DNA from: Candidatus Acidiferrales bacterium
GTDB taxonomy: Bacteria > Chloroflexota > Dormibacteria > Aeolococcales > Aeolococcaceae
Direction: 5' to 3'
Assembly: GCA_035534435.1 (NCBI GenBank)
Contig: DATLRX010000081.1
Span: forward strand, 15,358 to 79,357
DNA length: 64,000 nt
Shown in pieces: positions 8,071 through 17,130 of this stretch. How positions within the stretch are numbered: position 1 is the first letter of the stretch; every line of letters starts with the position of its first letter. The notes under the pieces are model-generated. The model was not told the DNA's origin and did not search any database. It was given only the letters and a program-made list of their open reading frames with translations. The position numbers and the translations under genes were made by a program.

Positions 8071-8784
8071 GTGGAAGGTCAGCAGGTGCGGGTGCTCGTG
8101 GTCGACGACGACGCCCTCGTCCGTCGAGCGGTGCGCCTCACGTGTGAGAGCGAGGGCTACACCGTTCAGGAAGCGGAGCGGGCGACCGAGGCACTCGGGC
8201 GCCTCGAGACCTTCCATCCAGACGTCGTGATCCTCGACCTCGTGCTCCCCGACCTCTCCGGCTTCGATCTCTGCAGGGAGATCCGCCGCGGGGGCCATCG
8301 CATGCCTGTGATCATCCTGAGCGCCAAGCACGACGAGATCGACGTGGTGCTCGGCCTCGAGATCGGCGCGGACGACTACATCGCCAAGCCGTTCCGGCCA
8401 CGCGAACTGCTGGCGCGCATCGGCGCCCACCTCCGCAGGGCCAGGGAGTTGCGCGGCGAGGACGAGCCACCCGACGGGCGCCTCGTCTTCCGCGATCTCG
8501 TGATCGATACCGCAGAGCGGCGCGTCTCACGCGCGGAGCAGGACATCGTCCTCACCCACACCGAGTTCGACCTCCTCTCGTACCTCGCGTCGAACGCAGG
8601 CAAGGTGCTCTCCCGCGAACGGATCCTCAGCGCCGTCTGGGGGTACGAGCACCCCATCGAGACCCGGGTCATCGACGTCCACGTACGCAACCTCCGGCGC
8701 AAGATCGAGCCGGAACCGGGCCGGCCGCGGCACATCCTCGCCGTGCCAGGCGTCGGATACCGATTCGCGGGCCTCAGAACCTGA
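8071..8784 (+). CDS. OmpR/PhoB-family response regulator (no adjacent kinase)
   Basis: REC domain (VLVVDDD...DVVILDLVLPDLSGF...ILSAK...GADDYIAKPF) and winged-helix output (LTHTEFDLLSYL...VIDVHVRNLRRKIE...VPGVGYRF). GAGGA lies 9 nt upstream of GTG 8071. Confidence 0.93.
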   Translation: MEGQQVRVLVVDDDALVRRAVRLTCESEGYTVQEAERATEALGRLETFHPDVVILDLVLPDLSGFDLCREIRRGGHRMPVIILSAKHDEIDVVLGLEIGADDYIAKPFRPRELLARIGAHLRRARELRGEDEPPDGRLVFRDLVIDTAERRVSRAEQDIVLTHTEFDLLSYLASNAGKVLSRERILSAVWGYEHPIETRVIDVHVRNLRRKIEPEPGRPRHILAVPGVGYRFAGLRT

Positions 8785-8798
8785 TCCCGGTCGCTGAC

Positions 8799-9086
8799 GT
8801 GGGGGGGCTGCAAAGTACACTCGGCGTCGTGCGTACACCACCGATGCTCGATTCCCGCGAGCCCGCCGCCGGCCGCAGCCGCCCCGATCCGGTGGTCTCG
8901 GTCACCGTGGGTGCCCTGGCCGTCATCGCGGTCGCGCTGCTCGCGGCCGCGGTCCTGGCGACCTATACCTACTCCACGCCGGACGTCGAACTGCCGCTGG
9001 TGATCGCCATCGCGCTGTTCTTCGTGGTCGTGGTCGGCGCCAACCTCGTGCGCGTCGCCGTTCGCCATTTCCGGCCGGGTTCCTGA
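8799..9086 (+). CDS. Small hypothetical membrane protein (two predicted TM helices)
   Basis: 95-aa ORF with two hydrophobic spans (VSVTVGALAVIAVALLAAAVLA; LPLVIAIALFFVVVVGANLV). Packed between the regulator and the next ORF. The start could also be ATG near 8844. Confidence 0.5.
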   Translation: MGGLQSTLGVVRTPPMLDSREPAAGRSRPDPVVSVTVGALAVIAVALLAAAVLATYTYSTPDVELPLVIAIALFFVVVVGANLVRVAVRHFRPGS

Positions 9087-9090
9087 GCGC

Positions 9091-9747
9091 GTGACGGAAC
9101 ATCCCGGCGCCGGACAGGCCGGGTCGGAACAGGCAGCCGACCGGCCGACGTTCCCCTCGTACGAGGAGTTCGCCTCGGACCTCCTCGAGGCCGTCGACGG
9201 CGTGGGGCTGAGCATCGAGGATGTCCGCCACCACCTCGAGCCCGGCCTGGGTGAGCGGCGATTCGAGTGCACCGTGCGGCTCACCGGCGATCCGCCGCCG
9301 CGCTATCACGTGCATGTCAGCTACACGTGGGACGCGTTGCTCACGTTCATCTCCGCATACGGACCGGGGGCCGACTGCGAGCTGTATCACGACGACGATG
9401 AAGCGCAGGACTGCCCGCACCAGCAGATCACGCCGCAGGCATTCGTCGACGTCGAGGCCGAGTTCGTGCTCGGCGACGGCGGGTACGAGCTCCATGATCT
9501 GGACGAGGTCGGCGGCTGGGTCGAGATCGTGCAGACGTTGCTGGGCAAGGCGTTTCCCGACGACGACAGGCCGAGCGTGCATGTGGGAATCGCCGTCCTC
9601 GGCACGACGACGCTCGTCGAGAAGTTCACCGCCGAGCACTCGTGGTTCCTCGACTTCGAGAAACAGCCGGACCTGGCCGCGCTCGCGAAGCAGATCGACA
9701 CCGCGCTGAAGCTGGTGCCGCAGCTCGCAGATCGCCTGCCGATCTAG
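9091..9747 (+). CDS. Hypothetical acidic cytoplasmic protein, no family recognised
   Basis: 218-aa ORF with G/C-rich third codon positions, beginning 5 nt after the preceding ORF. I recognise no motifs. Confidence 0.65.
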   Translation: MTEHPGAGQAGSEQAADRPTFPSYEEFASDLLEAVDGVGLSIEDVRHHLEPGLGERRFECTVRLTGDPPPRYHVHVSYTWDALLTFISAYGPGADCELYHDDDEAQDCPHQQITPQAFVDVEAEFVLGDGGYELHDLDEVGGWVEIVQTLLGKAFPDDDRPSVHVGIAVLGTTTLVEKFTAEHSWFLDFEKQPDLAALAKQIDTALKLVPQLADRLPI

Positions 9748-9781
9748 CGGCGTTCCGCGCGAAACGCCGCCGCGGCGACTC

Positions 9782-10720
9782 TCATGCGAGGCATGTCAGC
9801 GGACGGCCGCCGTTGTACGTGACCATGTCTGCGAGCGCTGCGCGGAGGTCGATCCGAGCGCCGCGCGGTTGACCGTCGAGCTCCGCGTATGCGCGATGCA
9901 GATTGCCGACGATCCGCTCGACGTCCCGCAGCTCCGCGAACTCGCCGAGGTCGCAAGCGCGAGCGGCCTCGAGCGGGCTCTGATTCGCGGCTTTCCCCGT
10001 CATCGCGATCTCCTGCACGCGACGCAGGTATCCAAGGACCGTGTCGATCACCTCCGGGCCGCACACATCACCGTGACCAGGAACGATTGTCCGTGGGCTC
10101 AGCGCCTTCAGCGACTCGACGGCATCGACGGCGCCGCTGACGGATCCCATCAACAGGAATGGCGACCCACCGTTGAACAGGAGGTCGCCGCTGAAGAGGA
10201 TCGATCGATCCGGGATCCACAGAATCGAGTCGTTGGTCGTGTGCGCCGGCGTCCCGACATGCCTGAGGTCGCACTGGAGCTCGTCGACCCACACAGTGAC
10301 CCGATCGCCATAGGTGAGAAACGGGGGAGCAAGCGAGAGATTGCCCCACGGTATGCTGTTCCAGATCCCCTCGTAGGACGGCTGGCCCGTCGCGATGACC
10401 TCGGTGCGACAGCTCTCGTGGGCCACGATCGTCGCTCCGTCGAAGAGGAAGTTCCCGTTGGTGTGGTCGCCGTGGTGATGCGTGTTGATGAGAGTCCGAA
10501 TCGGGAGCGCTGACACCGATCGGATTGCAGCGAGATAGTCACGCGTCCGGCGCTCTGTTGCGCATGTGTCGACGCTGATGACACCGCCCGTGCCGACCAG
10601 GAAGCCGGTGTTGTTGATCCACCACGTCCCGTCGGGCTGAATGTACGCGAAGATCCCGTCGCCAACTTCCTCGATGCGCGGGGCTCCGGCCGTGCGGCTG
10701 TCGTGCAGGCTTGCGCTCAT
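9782..10720 (-). CDS. MBL-fold metallo-hydrolase
   Basis: 312 aa with the metallo-beta-lactamase motif (LINTHHHGDHTNGN) and downstream His/Asp ligands. 4-nt overlap with folK. Confidence 0.9.
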   Translation of the reverse strand: MSASLHDSRTAGAPRIEEVGDGIFAYIQPDGTWWINNTGFLVGTGGVISVDTCATERRTRDYLAAIRSVSALPIRTLINTHHHGDHTNGNFLFDGATIVAHESCRTEVIATGQPSYEGIWNSIPWGNLSLAPPFLTYGDRVTVWVDELQCDLRHVGTPAHTTNDSILWIPDRSILFSGDLLFNGGSPFLLMGSVSGAVDAVESLKALSPRTIVPGHGDVCGPEVIDTVLGYLRRVQEIAMTGKAANQSPLEAARACDLGEFAELRDVERIVGNLHRAYAELDGQPRGARIDLRAALADMVTYNGGRPLTCLA

Positions 10721-11184
10721 GATTCCTCCAGTTCTCTGACCGATGCGGGCCTGAAGCCGGCGGCGGAGAGCAGGTCGCGCTCGAACGGGCGGCGAGCGAG
10801 CTCCGGATGCGGGACGGCGAGACCCGGCTCGCGGACACTGATCTCACCGTGTTCACCGAGCAGCAGGATGTCGGCGTCCGCGACGCGGGGACCCCACCGA
10901 TACGTGCTGCGACGTCCGGCTGCGCGCTCTGCGACGACGCAGTGCCCGAGCCAGCGATGCGGCGTCCAGGGCTCGGGGCTGCGCAACCGGACCACCTGAT
11001 TGTGAAAGTCCCCCTGCGCCGTCACGCCGACTGGGCGGGTGAGGATCTCCGGTGACATCGCCGCGATCGACACCGCGTCCGCGGTCAGCGCATCTCGGAG
11101 CCGCGCAAGATTCGCGCCGCGGTGGCCGAGGTTGCTGCCCAGTGATACCCACGCGGTGTCGGTTGAGCTGTCGTCGGAGCTCAT
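10717..11184 (-). CDS. folK: 2-amino-4-hydroxy-6-hydroxymethyldihydropteridine diphosphokinase (HPPK)
   Basis: 155 aa. N-terminal motif AWVSLGSNLG, plus RWGPRVADADILL and VPHPELARRPF. Directly downstream of folP with a 4-nt overlap. Confidence 0.85.
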   Translation of the reverse strand: MSSDDSSTDTAWVSLGSNLGHRGANLARLRDALTADAVSIAAMSPEILTRPVGVTAQGDFHNQVVRLRSPEPWTPHRWLGHCVVAERAAGRRSTYRWGPRVADADILLLGEHGEISVREPGLAVPHPELARRPFERDLLSAAGFRPASVRELEES

Positions 11185-12425
11185 CCCGTCGGACCCGGGA
11201 TCGGCACGCTCCTCAGCGACTCCGGTGTCCCGCGGACCACGGCATCGGCGACGCGCAGCGCGCGGACTGTCGGCGCGACATCGTGCACCCGGACCATGTG
11301 CGCGCCGGCCTGCACAGCCAGCGTCGCGAAGGCGAGGCTGCCCTCGAGCCTCCTGCTCTGGTCCGCGCCGTCGGTGAGGAGGCCGATCGTCGACTTGCGT
11401 GACGGGCCGACGAGCACTGCGCGGCCGAGCCCGAGCAGCTCCCCGAGACGGCGGATCAGCTCCAGGTTGTGCGCGGGCGTCTTCGCGAACCCGAAACCCG
11501 GGTCGATGATCACGTGCTCGACCGGGATGCCGGCGTCCTCCGCTGCGGCAACGCTCTTGCGGAGCCCGAGGCAGACGTCCTCGAGGAGGTCGCCGTACTC
11601 GGTGCCGTGCTGGTTGTGCATGACGACGAGCCCCGTTCCCGGGTGCGACGCGACAACCCGGGCCATGTCCGGGTCCCCGCGCAAACCCCAGACGTCGTTG
11701 ACGATGACGGCTCCGGAGTCGAGCGCCGCGTCCGCCACCGCGGCCTTGCGCGTGTCGATGCTGATCGGAATCGTCAGCCGGGCAGCAAGCGCGCGGATCA
11801 CCGGGATGACGCGAGCCGTCTCGACCTCGACCGACACCGGCTCACGCGTCTTCGACGGGCGCGTGCTCTCGCCGCCGATGTCGATGATGTCCGCACCCTC
11901 TTCGGCCAGCAACAGCGCGCGACGGACGGCTGCGTCGACGTCGTCACCGACGCCGTCGCCCGAGAACGAATCCGGCGTGGCGTTGACGATGCCCATCACG
12001 AGCGTGCGCGTGCCGAACGCCAGACGGTGGCCGGAGATGTCGAGCGGAGGTGGCGGCGTGAAGCGCGCCATGAGCACCGACCTGATCGCCGCTCCGACCT
12101 CCCCCGTCCGGTCACTCCACTCCGCGAGCTCGTCGGGCAGCGTAGCTGCGGTCAGCAGCGGCATGAGCACGACCGCGCGGTCACCGTCGCTGTTGGTGAG
12201 GACCTCGCCGCCGCCCTGGGCGACGAGCCGCTCGATGACACGCGTCTGATCCTGGGTCAGCCCCTGGAGCGCGAGTGCCTCGACGGCGCCGCGCCGCGCC
12301 AGCACGGTGAGCTTCTCCGGTGGAACACCCAGGCGCAGCACAGCGTCGCGCAGGGCATCGTCCGGGCCGGGCAGCAGCGGGCGCACGCTGTACCGAGCGG
12401 CGACCCGCGCGCTCGCCGCGCTCAC
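11181..12425 (-). CDS. folP: Dihydropteroate synthase with an N-terminal extension of about 135 aa
   Basis: The pterin-binding domain starts at RTLVMGIVNATPDSFSGDG and continues with IIDIGGESTRP, VNDVWGL and GPSRKS. The preceding ~135 aa match nothing I recognise. Confidence 0.93.
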   Translation of the reverse strand: MSAASARVAARYSVRPLLPGPDDALRDAVLRLGVPPEKLTVLARRGAVEALALQGLTQDQTRVIERLVAQGGGEVLTNSDGDRAVVLMPLLTAATLPDELAEWSDRTGEVGAAIRSVLMARFTPPPPLDISGHRLAFGTRTLVMGIVNATPDSFSGDGVGDDVDAAVRRALLLAEEGADIIDIGGESTRPSKTREPVSVEVETARVIPVIRALAARLTIPISIDTRKAAVADAALDSGAVIVNDVWGLRGDPDMARVVASHPGTGLVVMHNQHGTEYGDLLEDVCLGLRKSVAAAEDAGIPVEHVIIDPGFGFAKTPAHNLELIRRLGELLGLGRAVLVGPSRKSTIGLLTDGADQSRRLEGSLAFATLAVQAGAHMVRVHDVAPTVRALRVADAVVRGTPESLRSVPIPGPTG

Positions 12426-12426
12426 G

Positions 12427-12921
12427 TCAGCCTTCGCCGGCGGGGATGTCCGGCGGCTGCAGCTCTCCGGCTTCGCGTTTGGGCACCATCACACGGCGCT
12501 TGAAGATGCAGACACGCTCACCGCGCTGGTTGAACGCGCGCGTCTCGACGGTGACGATCCCGCGATCAGGCTTGGTCGAGGACTCGCGCTTCTCCAGCAC
12601 CGTGGTCTCCGCGTAGATTGTGTCGCCGTGGAACGTCGGATGCTCGTGTTTGAGCGACTCGACCTCGAGGTTGGCGATGGCCTTGCCGCTGATGTCGGCG
12701 ACGCTCATCCCGATCGCGAGGCTGTACACGAGGTTGCCGACCACGACATTGCGGCCGAACTCGGTCTTCGTCTCCGCGTAATGCGCATCCGTGTGGAGCG
12801 GGTGATGGTTCATGGTGATGAGGCAGAAGAGGTGGTCGTCCGCCTCGGTGATCGTCTTGCCGGGCCAGTGCCTGTAGGTGGTGCCCACCTCGAACTCCTC
12901 GAAGTAGCGGCCGAACTGCAT
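12427..12921 (-). CDS. MaoC-like (R)-specific enoyl-CoA hydratase / dehydratase
   Basis: 164 aa hot-dog fold with typical motifs (ITEADDHLFCLITMNHHPLHTDAHYA, GNLVYSL). Confidence 0.88.
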   Translation of the reverse strand: MQFGRYFEEFEVGTTYRHWPGKTITEADDHLFCLITMNHHPLHTDAHYAETKTEFGRNVVVGNLVYSLAIGMSVADISGKAIANLEVESLKHEHPTFHGDTIYAETTVLEKRESSTKPDRGIVTVETRAFNQRGERVCIFKRRVMVPKREAGELQPPDIPAGEG

Positions 12922-12927
12922 GGCGGT

Positions 12928-13473
12928 TCAGGCCGCGGCGGGCGCGTCCGCCGACCGCAGCGCGCCGAGGACGCGATCGAGCGGCGCATGGTCGCCGGCC
13001 GTTCCGCTGACATGCCGGTAGAGCACCTTGGTGCCCGGTGCGATGACGAGGACACCACCCTGCTGGAACGGGTGACCTTTGGTGGTGGTCTGCCGGGCGC
13101 CGCTGCTGAACGCCCGCAGTCCGGCTCCCCATGCCCTCGGGCCGAGAGTCGACATCAGCCCGGAGCGGGCGCCGATCGCACGGTAGGTGACGAGGTCCGG
13201 GTCGGTGAGCACCGTCGAGTCGGGGGCGAAACGCTTCTGGAACCATGCGGCGGCGCGCGGCGTGCCGTTGCCGACGAAGACGATCCCGCCGTGCATCGCC
13301 TCGATCGCGGGGCGTGCGGCGCGAATCTCGGCGACGTGCTCACGGCAGAAGACGCAGCCGAAATGGCGCAACCAGACGGCGACGGCGGGGTGGTCGCGCC
13401 ACGAGTCGGCGATGCGGACGGAGCCGCCGTCCGCGCCCAGGACCGTGGCGGAAGCGAGCGCGCGTGTGTCCAT
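12928..13473 (-). CDS. Peroxiredoxin-like (AhpC/TSA-related) thiol-disulfide protein
   Basis: 181 aa with a CxxC in thioredoxin-fold context (AVWLRHFGCVFCREHVAEI). Confidence 0.75.
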   Translation of the reverse strand: MDTRALASATVLGADGGSVRIADSWRDHPAVAVWLRHFGCVFCREHVAEIRAARPAIEAMHGGIVFVGNGTPRAAAWFQKRFAPDSTVLTDPDLVTYRAIGARSGLMSTLGPRAWGAGLRAFSSGARQTTTKGHPFQQGGVLVIAPGTKVLYRHVSGTAGDHAPLDRVLGALRSADAPAAA

Positions 13474-13499
13474 GCCTCACCCTACTGTACGTGCCTGCG

Positions 13500-14363
13500 A
13501 TGCGATCCCGCCCCGAAGCGTCGGACTCCAGCGCCGCCGTGGTGCACGGCGACTCGCTCGACGTCCTCCGCGCGCTGCCGGACGGATGCGCCGGTCTCGT
13601 GTACGTCGATCCACCGTTCAACACCGGCGGACCGCGGCGGGGAGTGCGAACCACCGCGACGCAGGACGTGGAGGCGACACGAGTCGGGTTCGCAGGCCGC
13701 CGGTACCGGACGGAGCGATCGCCCGGCGCGCGTTTCGAGGATGACTTCGACGACTACATCGGATGGCTGCGACCCAGGCTCGTGGAGACGCGCCGCATCC
13801 TGGCCGCTCACGGCAGCCTCTACTTCCACATCGATCCTCGGGAGTCGCACTACTGCAAGGTGCTGCTCGACGAGGTGTTCGGCCGCGGGTGCTTCCTCAA
13901 CGAGGTGGTGTGGGCGTACGACTATGGGGCGCGGACCAAACGGCGTTGGCCCGCCAAGCACGACGTCATCCTCGTCTACGTGCGCGACCCGGGCCGCTAT
14001 CACTTCGACGCGAGCGAGGTGACGCGCGAGCCGTACATGGCGCCTCGCCTGCAGACGCCGGAGCGAGCTGCGCGCGGCAAGTTGCCCACGGACGTGTGGT
14101 GGCACACCATCGTGCCGACGTCGTCCCGCGAGCGCACCGGGTATCCCACGCAGAAGCCTCTCGGCATCCTGCGCAGGATCGTCGCGGCCTCGTCGCGGCC
14201 GGGGGAGCTCGTGGTCGACTGGTGCGCCGGGAGCGGCACCACGGGCGTGGCCGCCGCCGAGCTCGGACGGCGCTTCCTGCTCGTCGACAATCAGGCGGAC
14301 GCGATTGCGGTCATGCGCGTCCGGCTGGCACGCGTGCCCGGCCTGGAGGTCGTCACGCGCTGA
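13500..14363 (+). CDS. Beta-class (PF01555-type) DNA methyltransferase, N6-adenine-like motif IV (DPPF); orphan
   Basis: Internal ATG 13500 of ORF 13245..14363. Motif IV (LVYVDPPFN) precedes the TGYPTQKP motif and motif I (VVDWCAGSGTTGVAA). This order is typical of CcrM/HinfI-like enzymes. Confidence 0.9.
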   Translation: MRSRPEASDSSAAVVHGDSLDVLRALPDGCAGLVYVDPPFNTGGPRRGVRTTATQDVEATRVGFAGRRYRTERSPGARFEDDFDDYIGWLRPRLVETRRILAAHGSLYFHIDPRESHYCKVLLDEVFGRGCFLNEVVWAYDYGARTKRRWPAKHDVILVYVRDPGRYHFDASEVTREPYMAPRLQTPERAARGKLPTDVWWHTIVPTSSRERTGYPTQKPLGILRRIVAASSRPGELVVDWCAGSGTTGVAAAELGRRFLLVDNQADAIAVMRVRLARVPGLEVVTR

Positions 14364-15516
14364 TGCGATAGCGCTCCAGCAGTCCCTTGGCGATGATGAC
14401 GCGCTGAATCTCGTTGGTGCCCTCGCCGATGATCAGGAGTGGGGCGTCTCGATACAGACGCTCCACCTCGTACTCCTTCGAGAAGCCGTAGCCGCCGTGC
14501 ACGCGCATCGCCTCGCTCACGACCTCGAAGCACGTCTCGGTGGCGAAGAGCTTCGCCATCCCGCACTCGATGTCCGCGCGCTCGCCGGCATCCTTCTTGC
14601 GCGCCGCGAAGTTCGTGAGGAGGCGCGCCGCCTGGATCTTCGTCGCCATGTCCGCGAGCTTGAACTGGATCGCCTGATGGTCGGCGATCGGCACGCCGAA
14701 GGCATGACGCTGCTGCGCATACCTGATGGCGAGCTCGAACGCGCGCTGCGCGACACCGACGCCGCGTGCCGCAACGTTCACGCGGCCCAGCTCGATGGCC
14801 GCCATCATCTGCTTGAACCCCTGTCCTTCCACGCCGCCGAGCAGGTTCGAGAGGGGCTGACGGTTGTTGTCGAACACGAGCTCCGTCGTCTCGACACCCC
14901 GGTAACCGAGCTTCTCGATGTGGCGGGACGCCGTGAACCCGGGGTACTGCTTCTCGGCGAGGATGCACGACATGCCGCGGTGCGGCGGGATCGCGTCGGG
15001 GTCGGTCTTGACCAGCGTCGCGACGACGGTCGAGTGCGCCCCGTTCGTCGCCCACATCTTCGTGCCGTTGATGACGTACTCGCCGCCGTCGAGGACCGCG
15101 CGAGTCTGGATGGCCTGCACGTCGGAGCCGCAGTTGGGTTCGCTCATCGAGAAGCCGCCATGGAACTCGCCGGTCGCCATTCGCGGCAGGAAGCGCTGGC
15201 GCTGCTCGTCGGTGCCGAACTTCTCGATCAGGAAGCTGACGATGAAGTGGGTGTTGATGATGCCGGTGATCGACATCCAGCCACGGGCGATCTCCTCGCA
15301 CACCATGGCGTAGGTCGCGTAGTCGAGCCCGGCCCCGCCGTACGCCTCGGGTACCGCGAAACCGAAGAATCCGAGCTGCTTCATCTGCGCGACGATCCGT
15401 TCGGGGTAGGTGTCGTCGTGCTCCAGGTCGTGCGCGACCGGGATGATCTCCCGCTCCACGAAATCCCGGACCATGCCGACGATCTCGCGCTGTTCGGTCG
15501 TCAGGTCGATGGACAC
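14353..15516 (-). CDS. Acyl-CoA dehydrogenase
   Basis: 387 aa with classic ACAD blocks (GFSMSEPNCGSDV, INGTKMWATNG, RVHGGYGFSKEYEVERLYRDAPLLIIGEGTNEIQR). Confidence 0.95.
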   Translation of the reverse strand: MSIDLTTEQREIVGMVRDFVEREIIPVAHDLEHDDTYPERIVAQMKQLGFFGFAVPEAYGGAGLDYATYAMVCEEIARGWMSITGIINTHFIVSFLIEKFGTDEQRQRFLPRMATGEFHGGFSMSEPNCGSDVQAIQTRAVLDGGEYVINGTKMWATNGAHSTVVATLVKTDPDAIPPHRGMSCILAEKQYPGFTASRHIEKLGYRGVETTELVFDNNRQPLSNLLGGVEGQGFKQMMAAIELGRVNVAARGVGVAQRAFELAIRYAQQRHAFGVPIADHQAIQFKLADMATKIQAARLLTNFAARKKDAGERADIECGMAKLFATETCFEVVSEAMRVHGGYGFSKEYEVERLYRDAPLLIIGEGTNEIQRVIIAKGLLERYRISA

Positions 15517-15532
15517 GGCACGAGTCTAGCCG

Positions 15533-16258
15533 TCAGGCCTGTGCGTCCCCGAGGATGTGCACCCGCGCCCCTTGCAGCGAGGGCGCCGCCAGAACCCGCT
15601 CGACAGCGAACGAGACCTCGAGCAGGGCCCGGTTGAACGCGACGTACGACGGATCGCCGTTGCAGTGGAGGCGAGTCCGCTCGAACCCTGCCGCGTTCAG
15701 CAATCGCCGCAGCCGGTCGCGGCTGTTGGCTCGATAGCGGACGGGATACGCATCTCCCTCGCCGCGGCCGTACAGGCGCCGGGTCAGCACGGCATGAAAG
15801 CGATGGGGGATGGCACGGATCATCCATGCGTTGTAGTTCCATGCGTTGGGGGTCACGAAGAGGAAGTGCCCGCCGTCGACGAGCACGCGGCGCACCTCCG
15901 AGAACACCAGGCCGGGATGGTCGAGGTGCTCGAGCACCCACGCCGACGCGACGATGTCGAACGATGCGGCCGCAAACGGCAGCTCCTCGCCCGAACCGAC
16001 GACTCGATGCGTGACCACGCGGTTGCCGGCGAGTGCGCCCGGGTCCGGGTCAACGCCGACGACCGTGCTCTCGGGCGCGCACGACAGATCGTCGCCGTGC
16101 AGTCCGTTGCGCCCGCAGCCGAGGTCCAGAATCCGCGCTCCAGGGTGCGCGACGTTCCCGATCAAGGCGCGATATCGCGTCACGCTGTCCACCCACGACG
16201 GGTTGCGACGTCGGTACTCGTCCCGCGCTCGAACCTGTCGCTCGAAGCCTCCCGCCAT
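15533..16258 (-). CDS. Class I SAM-dependent methyltransferase (Methyltransf_11-like)
   Basis: Internal ATG 16258 (MAGGFERQ...). SAM motif I (ILDLGCGRNG) and post-I/II motifs (FDIVASAWVLEHL, LVDGGHFLF). Lies 16 nt upstream of the ACAD gene. Confidence 0.85.
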   Translation of the reverse strand: MAGGFERQVRARDEYRRRNPSWVDSVTRYRALIGNVAHPGARILDLGCGRNGLHGDDLSCAPESTVVGVDPDPGALAGNRVVTHRVVGSGEELPFAAASFDIVASAWVLEHLDHPGLVFSEVRRVLVDGGHFLFVTPNAWNYNAWMIRAIPHRFHAVLTRRLYGRGEGDAYPVRYRANSRDRLRRLLNAAGFERTRLHCNGDPSYVAFNRALLEVSFAVERVLAAPSLQGARVHILGDAQA

Positions 16259-16295
16259 GCGGTTGGCAGTGTAGGCCGAGCCCGCACTGCTACAG

Positions 16296-17087
16296 TTGCG
16301 CGATGTGCGAACGGCCGTTCGCGAGATGATCGCCCGCCCGCTTGACGGAGCCGCGGCGGCTTCCGACGCTGCGATCGGACATTTCGACATCCGCACGCAG
16401 GACTGCATCGCGTTCCTCCGCGATCAGCCCGACTCCTCGGTCGACATCATCGTCACCGACCCGGCGTACTCCGGCATGAATCAGCACATGCGTTTCGGAC
16501 ACGGTCGCATCGTCGGCAGCTATGGCAAACCGGACAACGAGCGCTGGTTCCACGAGTTCTCCGACGACCCGGAGACGTATCGCGTGTTCCTGTCGGAGTG
16601 CGCGCGGGTGCTCCGCCAGGACCGGCACGTCTACATCATGTTCGACAGCTTCTCGATGCTGTCGCTCGGCGCGCTCGTGCGCGAGCACTTCGATGTGAAG
16701 GGCGTCATCGTCTGGGACAAGATGCACCTCGGGATGGGCCATTACTTCCGCCGCCGCCACGAGCAGATCGTGTTCGCGAGCAAGGGCCGGCGCAAGGTCG
16801 CGCGCCGCGACATGCCCGACGTGTGGGCGGTGCAGCGCGTGCATCGCGGGGCCTATCCCACGCAGAAACCCGTACGGCTCTTCGAGATGATGCTCGATGC
16901 CAGCGCCGAGCCCGGGTTCACGGTGTGCGACCCCTTCTGCGGCAGCGGTTCATCAGGGGTCGCCGCACTGCGTTCCGGCTGCGACTTCATCGGCGCCGAT
17001 ATCGACCCGCGCGCGATCGACCTCGCAGGCGATCGATTGACCGCGTTCGCCACGACGGGCCAGGACCTGCTCGAACCGGCTCGCTGA
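16296..17087 (+). CDS. Second beta-class (PF01555-type) DNA methyltransferase with an atypical motif IV (TDPAY); orphan
   Basis: Motif IV-like (DIIVTDPAYSG), GAYPTQKP, motif I (VCDPFCGSGSSGVAA). The start may be ATG 16296 or ATG 16326. Confidence 0.85.
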   Translation: MRDVRTAVREMIARPLDGAAAASDAAIGHFDIRTQDCIAFLRDQPDSSVDIIVTDPAYSGMNQHMRFGHGRIVGSYGKPDNERWFHEFSDDPETYRVFLSECARVLRQDRHVYIMFDSFSMLSLGALVREHFDVKGVIVWDKMHLGMGHYFRRRHEQIVFASKGRRKVARRDMPDVWAVQRVHRGAYPTQKPVRLFEMMLDASAEPGFTVCDPFCGSGSSGVAALRSGCDFIGADIDPRAIDLAGDRLTAFATTGQDLLEPAR

Positions 17088-17130
17088 CGAACGTCCCCGC
17101 TACCGGCACGACCGTATCGAGCGACCCAGG

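Noticed and set aside
7924-8430. N-terminal extension of ORF 6601..8430 (would give a 609-aa DUF4388 protein)
   Set aside because: The extension runs antisense through the response-regulator gene and the intergenic region. DUF4388 similarity starts right after GTG 7923, which has a GGAG ribosome-binding site.
13245-17130. The two DNA methyltransferases as parts of a restriction-modification system
   Set aside because: Every neighbouring ORF is confidently assigned to unrelated functions (peroxiredoxin-like, acyl-CoA dehydrogenase, small-molecule methyltransferase, CoA-ester lyase). No ORF remains that could encode an endonuclease or specificity subunit.
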